Shown in pieces: positions 1-10,544 of a DNA stretch of 64,000 nucleotides (the stretch's first letter is position 1; each line of letters starts with the position of its first letter). The DNA is from Octopus sinensis (taxonomy: Eukaryota): NCBI RefSeq assembly GCF_006345805.1, contig NC_043016.1, forward strand, positions 9,548,001 to 9,612,000, read 5' to 3'. The notes under the pieces are model-generated. The model worked only from the letters and a program-made list of their open reading frames with translations. It did no database searches and was not told where the DNA came from. Position numbers and translations under genes: made by a program.

Positions 1-154
1 GTCTTTGAGGAGATAAGGAGAAGAGGCTTTAATCCCGTACTCCAATATGGGTCTCACCAGCGTGACATAGAGTGGTAGGATATGGCTGCTGTGAGCATTC
101 CGAATGACCGTCGAATCAAGAACAGAATTCCGCGTGCTTTGTTGGCAGCATGGA
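1..154 (-). mobile_element. CR1-type LINE fragment (RT C-terminal region), runs off the window start
   Basis: Nearly identical to 57240-57394. The minus strand reads HAANKARGILFLIRRSFGMLTAAI..PLYVTLVRPILEYG, typical of the CR1/L2-clade ORF2 post-RT region. Confidence 0.85.
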
Positions 155-777
155 TTACATATGTATATGTATCTATGTATATATATATGTATATATAGGG
201 AGAGTTTACGAAAAAAAAAAAAGACGAAGACAGGTGGTGTACAAAACAAACATATGTATTAGTATAACGCTCGGAATAGAAAAAGTCTTTTACATTTCGA
301 GCCTACGCTCTTCTACAGAAATGGGCAAAGAAAAAACAAGGAGAGAAAAGTGTGTGTAGTAGCTAACACTCTATCATGATATATATATATGTATGTATAT
401 ATATATGTATATGTATGTATATGTATGTATATATATTTATATATATATGTGTGTGTGAAGAGTGAGAATGTATGGTGATGAAGAAAGAGAAAAGTTGGTG
501 GTTTGGTGGGAGGGATTTTTCTGCTACTCACACATGCACATTCTAATTATTTCTTTATTCGTACGGGTTTAACCCATTAGCATTTAGACTAGCCATATCC
601 TGACCAAATGTTCTTCCTGTTCTATGGTTAAAACTGGCCCAGGTCTGGCCTTTCACACCTATCCTATAGTGTCATTCTACAAATAAACATCATTGAAATC
701 TTGAAGTTAAGAGATCATCAAGGTCTTCAGCATAGAAGAGCTCCCAGGGCATCCTGTCTTGAATTCCTCCATTATTG

Positions 778-826
<49 letters not shown>

Positions 827-975
827 TATATTATATATATATACATACATACATACATAAACAAACAATTTTTTTATTAAACGCAGAAGTTACTGAGTGA
901 CACAAGGTCAATAATTTGATAAGTGTCAGTGCATGAAGCTCTCAACGCTTGAGTTACTTATGTACTCTCTGCCAG

Positions 976-1206
976 TTAACCTTTTAGCATTTATTTAATC
1001 CAGCCATATCCAGCCCAAATATTCTACCTGTTTTATGTTCAAACCCACGATATCTGGCCTTTCACACCTGCCCTACAATGTCATTTTATAAAACATACAA
1101 ATACACCACTGAAATCTTGAAGCTCCAAGATATGTGTCATTAATTCAAAACAATGTAAATAAATAGGCATTGGATTTGACAAGAAATCTGAATGCTAAAG
1201 TGTTAA
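976..1206. mobile_element. TTAA-flanked MITE (piggyBac-like), family 2
   Basis: Ends ttaaccttttagcatt...aatgctaaagtgttaa. Related copies at 44383-44609 and partial copies near 570-720, 31320-31500 and 31950-32110. Confidence 0.55.
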
Positions 1207-1329
1207 TTATATATTTGTGTGTGTGTGTGTGTGTGATATTGAACTTATACAAATACCATACCTTTTCACTCGACACACTATTCATTCACATCATATGTCG
1301 TGCAAAGAGCACCATACGAGCGTGATCAG

Positions 1330-1780
1330 TGACAGAGCAGCTAACCGGCTTCCATGCCAGTGGCACATAAAAGGCACCATTCGACTGTGATTGTTACCAG
1401 CATTGCCTTACTGGCACTTGTGCCCCGTGCTAGTAGGGTGGCAAGAGCACCATCCGAGCATGATCGTGGCACGTAAAAGGGCACCATTTGAGCATGATCG
1501 TTACCAGCATCGCCTTACTGGCACCTGTGCCGGTGACATCTGTAAAAAGATTTCAGCGAGGTCGTTGCCAGTACTGCCTGACTGGCCCCTGTGCTTGTGG
1601 CATGTAAAAGCACCCACTACACTCTCGGAGTGGTTGGCGTTAGGAAGGGCATCCAAATCAAGATTGGAGCCTGTTGCAGCCATCTGGTTTGCCAGCCCTC
1701 AGTCAAAATCGTCCAACCCATGCTAGCATGGAAAGCGGACATTAAACGATGATGGTAATGATAATGATGATGATGATATT
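1330..1780 (+). mobile_element. RTE-LINE 3'UTR-derived repeat (family C) with (GAT)n tail
   Basis: Contains ggcacgtaaaaagcacc subrepeats and ggttggcgttaggaagggcatcc. Ends ccaacccatgctagcatggaaagcggacattaaacgatgatg. Confidence 0.8.
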
Positions 1781-1976
1781 ACACAGCTCTTTAAATATCC
1801 GGCTTCCCTCCCCCATCACAATTCCACTGAGTTTTACACATAAGTTGACCATAGATTATCTATTGTATGTCTAGATTAATCATCTTTTCTGCATGCCTTA
1901 TTCAATAGTAACACGTTGTTCACACAGCTTATCCACAGTTTTATTTATATGGTCTTGTCTCTCATGTACTCTGCAG

Positions 1977-2131
1977 GGCTTATGCTGTCTCAGCCCAAGG
2001 AAGTCAACCCGCAGAAGCTGAAGAAAGCCGCGGCTGGTTAAAAAACCTTCTAAGGGTCCGCACCTTGCCAACAACCAGTGAATCTCATTCAAGCCAGCTT
2101 TCATCGAAGGAGACAGTCAATGAGTTACAAG
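1977..2131 (+). CDS. NIPSNAP: NipSnap-family protein, internal exon (155 nt)
   Basis: ctgcag acceptor and gtatgt donor. Reads AYAVSAQGSQPAEAEESRGWLKNLLRVRTLPTTSESHSSQLSSKETVNELQ, matching the NipSnap N-terminal signature (GWL-x-x-L-x-VR...ESHS...LS-x-KE). In phase with the 4507-4552 exon. Confidence 0.85.
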
Positions 2132-2689
2132 GTATGTTATTGTGTATATTTTCTATTTAGTCAAATTCTACTAAAACCCACGTGGGGTACTGTCTTTTAA
2201 ACATGACTTTGACTTGTAACAGCCACTGAACAAAATAGGATTTTAAGATTTCGTTGATATTCATAGCAGATTCAAGTGACTGTAAAGGCTTTCCCCCATT
2301 GGTTATGATTTTCAGGGATATTTGACTGCTATTTCTGACAGGCATGTCACTGTGTAAAGGATCCCTTGTTAGTTAGGAGTGGTGTTGTTTAACCCAAGCT
2401 CAGCTGTGATAGAACAGACAGACTCAATGAAAGTCAATCCATCCATGACCATTCCATTTTTTCCCTCCTGATGCAATGTACTGAAGATCACATTATCTGA
2501 TGTATTCTTTCTCATGATAGTAGAATGTGACCTGAAGAGAACTCCGCTGTACTCTTTTACCACAGCTTTCTCTCACTCTTTCTTCCTACCTCTGCCACAA
2601 AGTAGAGGAACCATGGTGTAACCCATTATGGCATGGTAAACTTTCAGACCCTAGTCTAGATTGCGAATCCTCTGTACCTATTTCTTTAC

Positions 2690-2897
2690 TACTCGCAAGG
2701 GGCTAAACTCAGAAGGGACAAACGGATTAAGTTGATTACATCAACCCCAGTGCATAACTGGTACTTATTTAATTGACCCCGAAAGGACGAAAGGCAAAGT
2801 CGACCTTGGCGGAATTTGAACTCAGAATGTAACGTCAGATGAAATACGGCTATGCATTTCACCTGGCATGCTAACGTTTCTGCCAGCTTGCCGCCTC
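2690..2897 (-). mobile_element. tRNA-derived SINE family A, single copy
   Basis: The minus strand has an A-box (tggcagaaacgttag), a B-box (gagttcaaattcc) and the central ctttcgtcctttcggggtc...taagtaccagtt domain. Confidence 0.8.
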
Positions 2898-3579
2898 TGT
2901 ACCATTTACGGAATGAGGATAACAACGTAGCTTTCGCGCCCGTGCAACCACCAGTCTATCGCGTGTGGCGGGTAGATCTTCAAGTTGCCACACGCATTCT
3001 TAGTAGCTTAGAGTAGGCTCGAATTAGAGATTATTCTTTGTGGCTAATGGCATGAGTCCTGATTGGAAGAAGAAGAAGAAAAAAGAAGCACCGGCACAGG
3101 CGCTTTTACTTGGCACTGGCACCTATGAGCCCACAAGATTAGGATCGCTCAGCCAAAGAGGGATGGAGGGGACATGCCTGTATGAAAGGTCAACCCTGAT
3201 TTTACTTAGCCTGACATATCTTCTCAAGCACAGCAAACGACCTAGTCCTCTGTCATCCCCTTTGTGAGGCCCAATGTCTGAAGATCCTTTCCCACTGCTT
3301 CATCTCATATCTTCTTGGGTCTACCCCTTCCACCATAGAATTTCTATACGTGATATTTCTTCACTTTACTTACACACACACACACACAATGTTATCACAT
3401 GGGTGCATTTGTGAGTTTGTCTACGTATAAAGTAAATTCATTGTGTATGTTGGCTGAGACTACTTCCAGAAGCAATCCTTAGGCAAAAATGGTCAGTGAT
3501 GAGAAAGAACTTCAGTAAGTTTTTGATGAAGTAAACAGGAATGGGAAGCTTCATTTTGGTTAAAATAATATTGACCATA

Positions 3580-3795
3580 TCATCATCATTTAATGTCCGC
3601 TTTCCATGCTAGCATGGGTTGGACGGTTCAACTGGGGTCTGGGAGCCCGAAGGCTGCACAGGCCAGTCAGATCTGGCAGAGTTCTACAGCTGATGCCCTT
3701 CCTAACGCCAACCACTCTGAGAGTGTAGTGGGTGATTTTATGTGCCACCACACAGGTTCAGACGAGGCTGGCGAACGGCCACGCTCGGATGGTGT
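3580..3795 (-). mobile_element. Family C repeat (RTE 3' end)
   Basis: Starts catcatcatttaatgtccgctttccatgctagcatgggttggacgg and contains gatgcccttcctaacgccaaccac. Confidence 0.8.
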
Positions 3796-4099
3796 TTTTT
3801 TTTTTTTTTTTTTTATCATCTTAAAATTAGTAGCCTGAACAAATATACAAAATATATGGTTGTACAAAAGAAGCACTCAGTACATGTTGTAAAGTGTTTG
3901 GTGTTAGGAACGGCATCTAGCTGTAGAGACCATGCCAAAGCTGATACTGCAGCCGTTGAGCCCATCAGATCCTGTCAAACCAGAACATGGGTGTTAAATG
4001 ATGAGGATGATGATATATGTATATCGTTTATGCCATAAGAATTTAGAAACTTTGAGAGACATAAAATAAATTGTTTTTAAGAGTGAAACTTGAAGCAGA

Positions 4100-4345
4100 T
4101 AAAGCTACGTAAAAAGCACCAATCCGATCGTGGCCGTTGCCAGCCTTGCCTGGCACGTAAAAAAGCACCCACTACACTCACGGAGTGGTTGGCATTAGGA
4201 AGGGCATCCAGCTGTAAAAACACTGCCAGATCAGACTGAAGCCTGGCGCAGCCTTCTGGCTTCCCAGATCCCCGGTCGAACTGTCCAACCCATGCTAGCA
4301 TGGAGAACGGATGTTAAACGATGATGATGATGATGATGATGATGA
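4100..4345 (+). mobile_element. Family C repeat with long (GAT)n tail
   Basis: Ends ccaacccatgctagcatggagaacggatgttaaacgatgatgatgatg. Confidence 0.8.
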
Positions 4346-4506
4346 ATAGCATGTAAGTCTTGGGTTGAGAAATTCTTTTGGATAGTAAAAGCTTATTATA
4401 CGCTTCAAGATCCATTTCACACACACACAGACATACATACGCATGTGTGTGTGTGTGTGCATGTACGAGTTTTCCTCTTTCATTTCTTTGTTCACTGTAT
4501 TTCCAG

Positions 4507-4552
4507 TTCACTGCGTCAAGCCAGAATGTATGGAGGAATATCTCAACCAATA
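4507..4552 (+). CDS. NIPSNAP: NipSnap-family protein, 46-nt exon
   Basis: ttccag acceptor and gtaagt donor. Reads (V)HCVKPECMEEYLNQ(Y), matching the NipSnap H-x-VKPE-C motif. The phase-1 join to the previous exon is correct. Confidence 0.88.
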
Positions 4553-4861
4553 GTAAGTAATCGTCTGACTTTTCTAGATTATTCTCTCTCAAGCATTACC
4601 ACCACTTCTATCCCCATCACCACATCTTTGCATTGCTTAGCTCTAAATTCACTGTCTCTTGATCTTTAAACTCTGTTAATCTACTGAGGAACATGTTTCT
4701 TAATGATTTCTACCATACCAAGCAAGAACAATTCCTAGATTTTTGCCATTCAATACCATATACTTCAGGTTCTTCTATAGTTTGTTCATGAAGCATAGCA
4801 GAGTACTTACAAACCAAACGTGGCATTTGATATATACTTCTACCAAATATATTTTGATATC

Positions 4862-4961
4862 NNNNNNNNNNNNNNNNNNNNNNNNNNNNNNNNNNNNNNN
4901 NNNNNNNNNNNNNNNNNNNNNNNNNNNNNNNNNNNNNNNNNNNNNNNNNNNNNNNNNNNNN
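4862..4961. other. Assembly gap (100 N placeholder)
   Basis: Run of exactly 100 n. Confidence 1.
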
Positions 4962-5198
4962 ATTTGAAACAAGGGACATCATATGTTGACAGTGAAAATA
5001 GCTTAGAAGTATCACATAATGTCCAGGCAAGGACAGTCGCACACCACCAACACACACATAAGTGACAAGCTTCTTTCAGTTTCCATCTACCAAATCCACT
5101 CACAAGGCATAGGTCAGCTTGGAACTACAGTAGAGACACTTGCCTAAGGTGTTACACAGTGGGACTGAACCTGAAATCATGATTAGGAAGCAAACGTC

Positions 5199-5797
5199 TT
5201 ATTTCTTTACTGCCCACAAGGGGCTAAACATAGAGGAGACAAACAAGAACAGACAAAGGGATTAAGTTGATTACTCGACCCCAGTGCGTACTGGTACTTA
5301 TTAATCGACCCCGAAAGGATGAAAGGCAAAGTCGACCCTCGGTGGAATTTGAACTCAGAACATAGTGGCAGACGAAATACCTATTTCTTTACTACCCACA
5401 AGGGGCTAAACATAGAGGAGACAACAAGGACAGACAAAGGAAGTAGTCGATTTCATCGACCCCAGTGCGTAACTGGTACTTATTTAATGGACCCCAAAAG
5501 GATGAAAGGCAAAGTCGACCTCGGTGGAATTTGAACTCAGAACATAGTGGCAGACGAAATACCTATTTCTTTACTACCCACAAGGGGCTAAACATAGATG
5601 AGAACAAACGTACAGACAAGAATTAGGAAGTCGATTACATCGACCCCAGTGCGTAACTGGTACTTATTTAATCGACCCCAAAAGGATGAAAGGCAAAGTC
5701 GACCTCGGCGGAATTTGAACTCAGAACGCAGCGGCAGACAAAATACCGCAAAGCATTTCGCCTGGCGTGCTAACGTTTCTGCCAGCTCGCCGCCTTA
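5199..5797 (-). mobile_element. SINE family A trimer (one head plus tandem 182-bp head-less units)
   Basis: The unit start (c/t)tatttctttact recurs at 5199, 5381 and 5563. The A-box head is present only once, at ~5770-5797. Confidence 0.85.
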
Positions 5798-5994
5798 CAA
5801 CATCTCACCACACAGCCACACATGGGCCCAACACATTGCCACAATTAGTATGAATTTAGTTGCAAAGTTTCCCTGCAGCTCTAAATCATAAATAAATATT
5901 TCAAATCTTCATAATCAATAAGATTATTTTAATTAATCTTAAATTTTAGTGAGATTGATTTAATTGTAATAATTCTCCTTAATATACGTTAGAT

Positions 5995-7031
5995 GAGGAG
6001 TTCTCAACCATTTTTTATCTATGGACCCTTTTGATTACTATTTTATTCTAGTAGACCCCATAGCCATTCTATGTTTTAAATTTAGTTTTATAGAAACTTC
6101 TTCCAAATTTCCTATTTTGTTTTTTCTCACACATTAACTTGTGTAGGTTGAATTACGAAAAATGTTAGAGAAAGAAACCTACCTGTTTCTTACAATACAT
6201 ACACCTAAAGCAGGGGTTCTCAACCATTTTTAATCTACAGACCCCTTTGATTACTATTTTATACTGGTGGACCCCATAGACATTTGATGCTTAAAAACTA
6301 GTCTTATAGAAACTTCTTGCAAAATTCCTGTTTTGTTTGAAATCAAAATCAAATCAAATTCGCAAATTCAATGACTGGCACCCATGCCAGTGGAGCGCTA
6401 AGAGCACCGTCCAAGCGTGATCACTGCCAGAGCAGCCGACTTGCTTCTGTGCCGGTGGCACGTAAAGAGCACAATTCAAACATGATCATTACCAGCTTTA
6501 CCTTACTGGAACTTGTGCCAGTGGCATGTGAAAAACATTCGAACAAGGTCATTGCTAGTACCACTGGACTGGCTCCTGTGCAGGTGGCATGTAAAAAAAA
6601 CACCACTTCAGTGTGGCTGTTGCTAGTACCACCTGACTGGCCCTCATGCCGGTGGCATGTAAAAGCACCCACTGCACTCTCGGAGTAGTTGGTGTTAGGA
6701 AGGACATCCAGCTGTAGAAACAATGCCAGGTCTGATTGGAGGCTGGTGCAGCCTTCTGGTTCGCTAGTCCTCAGTCAAATCGTCCAACCCATGCCAGCAT
6801 GGAAAGCAGACGTTAAACGATGATGATGATAATGAACTTGTGTAGGTTGAACTTCAGAGAAAGAAACATGTTTCTTGCAATGAATACCAATATGTACATT
6901 TAAAGCAAATTTTTTGTCAGGGGCCCCTAAAATACTATTATAGATCCCCAATTTACTATTTTGTTACGTGGTCCCCCAAGAATCTTATATGGACACACAA
7001 TGGTCATATGGACCCTGGCTGAGAACCCCTG
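5995..7031. mobile_element. hAT/Charlie-like MITE with internal duplication and a nested family C insertion (~6345-6835)
   Basis: Termini (c/g)agg(g/a)gttctcaac...gagaacccctg. Imperfect 8-bp TSD cgttagat / cactagat. A second left-end copy at 6211. Confidence 0.65.
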
Positions 7032-7585
7032 CACTAGATAAGTGGATCCCAAACATTTTCAGGCTGCAGTCCCCCCCCCCGGTACCCAGGCCACTTTCTT
7101 AGTGCCCCCCTCCCTCACACACCACCACAAACCTAGACTATTTTCTGCAACCCATTATTTTGTGTTTTATTACAAACATGGCCCCACTTTTGTTACCCCA
7201 CTTTTGCCCCACACACACACACACACACACACATGTGCACACACAGTACTTTATATTACATTAAATTAAGAGGTCACTTCTAGTGGGCGGCATGGAAGGG
7301 AACAGCAATAAAATAAATAGAACTACCAACATTATTATATGGGTGATTATAAATAATGTAACAACATTATTCTGGGATTTTGATCATACTTACCATGCCC
7401 TCCAACCATCCACACACACACACACACACACACACTACTGAGGTTTCTCTCCCCTATACCATCATCCAACAAAATTGGTTTTCTACAGAGTTCCAAATTC
7501 ACGTTCACAGACAAACACACATGCACACAAACCACATACATATAAAGACACACATGGACATACATAAGCACACACACACATACAA

Positions 7586-7620
<35 letters not shown>

Positions 7621-9042
7621 AATCTGGACTGGGAGAGTAGATCGAGCGAGAGATTTTTTTTTATTGTTATATATTTTAGTCCAGTTACTTAATCCTTAAG
7701 GTCAATTTGCAACAGTTAAATATTTGACCTGTGACCTTTACTTTCTCTTTCTCTCTCTCACACACACAATATATCAAACAAGGTCACATTCTAGGCAAAA
7801 GGTGTGTCCCCCAACTGTTTGTTTTTACAAGACTCTCCTGCTACACTTTATCAATAAAAGAGTGTACAGATATGGGCATTTTTATGTGCATATTAATGCA
7901 CAGGCTTGGCTGTGTAGTAAGAAGATGGCATCCCAACCACATGGTTCCAGGTTTAGTGCCCCTGCATGGTAATTAGGGCAAATGATTTCTACTATAGCCC
8001 TGGGTCAACCAAAGCCTTGCAAGAGGTGATGGTAAATTTAAACTGAAAGTAACTCATTGTATGTGTGTGTGGGTGGGTGGGTGTGTGTGTGTCATACCAC
8101 CATTTCACAACCAGTGTTGGTGTGTTTATGTCCACATAATTTAGTGGTTCAGCAAAAAGAAACTGATAGAATTAGTACCAGGTTTCAAAAACATAGTAAG
8201 TACAGGTATCAATTCATTTGAATAAAACCCTTCAAGGTGGTGCCCCAGCATGGCCATAGTCGAATGACTGAAGTTTAGTTGATATGTCGAGCACCCATGT
8301 AGAGGCTTCATCATTGGTTAATATATATATATATATATATGAGAAAAATAGTGAGCGCGTGTGTGTGTGTTCGTTCCAGTATTTAAGGTGTGAAATGAAT
8401 AATATTATGTCATAAGATAATTAGAAAAATACATTTCAAACAACTCCACACCCTTACTTGTTCATGCCTTGATGTAATAACTATTGTAATTTGTGTCTTA
8501 ACAAGGATGTTAGCTGTATTGAGCAAACATCCTTGAGTATTTATACACACATATACAAAAGCATGTAACCTTATAAACATAGAGACTGCACACAAATAAA
8601 CCATCATTACCATCATTTGACTGGTTCCAAAGAGTCTGACAAACCGGAGGACTACGTTGAGTTCCACTGTCAGCTTCAGTACAGTATCTATGGCTGGATG
8701 CTCTTCCTAATGCCAATCTCTTTACAGAAAGACCAGGATGCATTCTTTTTCCCATAGCACCAGCACTAATGAGGTTACCAAGTAACTCACAAGACAAAAA
8801 AAAGAATTCCCTCTTTGACTGAATAGGAATGTAGTAGAGAGAGTAATTGCTTTATATCAGATGTTGAGAAGCTGAAAAATTACAGAGACACAGGTTCAGG
8901 TATCTTGCTATAGAGGAGATTCATGGCTATCTTGTATTATTTTTTCAGATTTTACTTGAAAAGGAAGATGAGAGTAAAGAGGGAAGTTTTGTCTAATGAA
9001 AGGTTTAATAAAAGGTGGATGAATGTAGCAAAGATGGTATGC

Positions 9043-9370
9043 ATCATCATCATCGTTTAGTGTCCGCTTTCCATGCTAGCATGGGTTGGATGGTTCAACT
9101 GGGGTCTGGGAAGCCAGAAGGCTGCACCAGGCCCAGTCTGATCTGGCAATGTTCCTACGGCTGGATGCCCTTCCTAACGCCAACCACTCCATGAGTGTAG
9201 TAGGTGCTTTTTACGTGCCACCGGCACAGGTGCCAGACGAGGCTGGCAAACAGCCACAATCAGATGGTGCTTTTTACGTGCCACCGGCACGGGGGCCAGA
9301 TGGGGCTGGCAAACGGCCACAATCAGATGGTGCATTTTATGGGACACCGGCACGGAGGCCAGGCATGAAT
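9043..9370 (-). mobile_element. Family C repeat with three internal VNTR units
   Basis: (CAT)n start, gatgcccttcctaacgccaacc core and repeated ggtgctttttacgtgccaccggcac. Confidence 0.8.
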
Positions 9371-9729
9371 GATGAAACTCCTTTGAGCATGAACCTATAC
9401 AACAAAAAGAGAAAGGGTGCTTTGCTCATATGGTATTTTTTTTTCCGAAGTCACTCTGGTTTTCTCCATAGGTTTTTCTTTCTCCGGATAATCCTGGTCA
9501 GTGTTATATTTCCTCCCCATAAGTTGTATCTGTTATAAACCTCACATTTTTTTTTTTTTTTTAGATAGGTGCGTGTATGCATGTGCGGTAAAGAAGTTTA
9601 ACTCCCTAACCGCATGGTTCAGGATTCAATCTCAATGCATGGCACCCTGGGCAAGTGTCTTCTAAACCTTGGTGAGTGGGTTTGATAGACAGAAACTGAA
9701 TGAAGCCTCTCATATATAATATAGACAGA

Positions 9730-10410
9730 TAGGTGTGTGTGTGTGTGTTTGTGAATGTGGTGTGTGTGTGAATGTGTGTGTGTGTGTGTGATGTGTGTTG
9801 TGTGTTGTGAATGTGTGTGTGTGTGTGTGTGATGTGTGTGTGTGTGTGTGTGTGAATGTGTGGTGTGTGTGAATGTGTGTGTGTGAATGTGTGTGTGTGT
9901 GTGAATGTGTGTGTGTGTGTGAATGTGTGTGTGGTGTGTGTGAATGTGTGTGTGTGTGTGTGAATGTGTGTGAATGTGTGTGTGTGTGAATGTGGTGTGT
10001 GTGAAGGTGTGTGTGCGTGAATGTGTGGTGTGTGAATGTGTGAATGTGTGAGTGTGTGAGTGTGTGAATGTGTGAGTGTGTGAATGTGTGTGTGTGTGAA
10101 TGTGTGTGTGTGAATGTGTGTGTGTGTGAATGTGTGTGTGTGTGAATGTGTGTGTGTGTGAATGTGTTGTGTGTGAATGTGTTGTGTGTGAATGTGTGTG
10201 TGTGTGAATGTGTGTGTGTGAATGTGTGTGTGTGAATGTGTGTGTGTGTGAATGTGTGTGTGTGTTTGTGAATGTGTGTGTGAATATGTGTGTATGTGTG
10301 TGTGAATGTGTGTGTGTGAATATGTGTGTGTGTGTGTGTGAATGTGTGTGTGTGTGTGTGTGAGTGTGTGTGTGAGTGTGAGTGTGAGTGTGTGTGTGTG
10401 TGTGTGTGCG
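9730..10410. repeat. Compound microsatellite (TG)n punctuated by GAA
   Basis: Seen directly. It explains the His/Thr ORFs at 9606-10452. Confidence 0.95.
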
Positions 10411-10544
10411 CACGCGCACCCCACTTATGCTTGACAACCACTGTTGGTTCATTTATGCCCCTGTAACTTAGTAGGCATAGCAGTTTGACAAAAGAGATTG
10501 ATATCAGGTTCTAAAAAAAGTAGTGAGTTCGATTTCTTAGACTA

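Noticed and set aside
4600-4861. Possible decayed LINE peptide or AMDHD2 terminal exon next to the gap
   Set aside because: The motif similarity is too weak and there are no consistent splice sites.
9606-10452. His/Thr-rich ORFs of 243-277 aa
   Set aside because: Translations of a (TG)n microsatellite, open in several frames.
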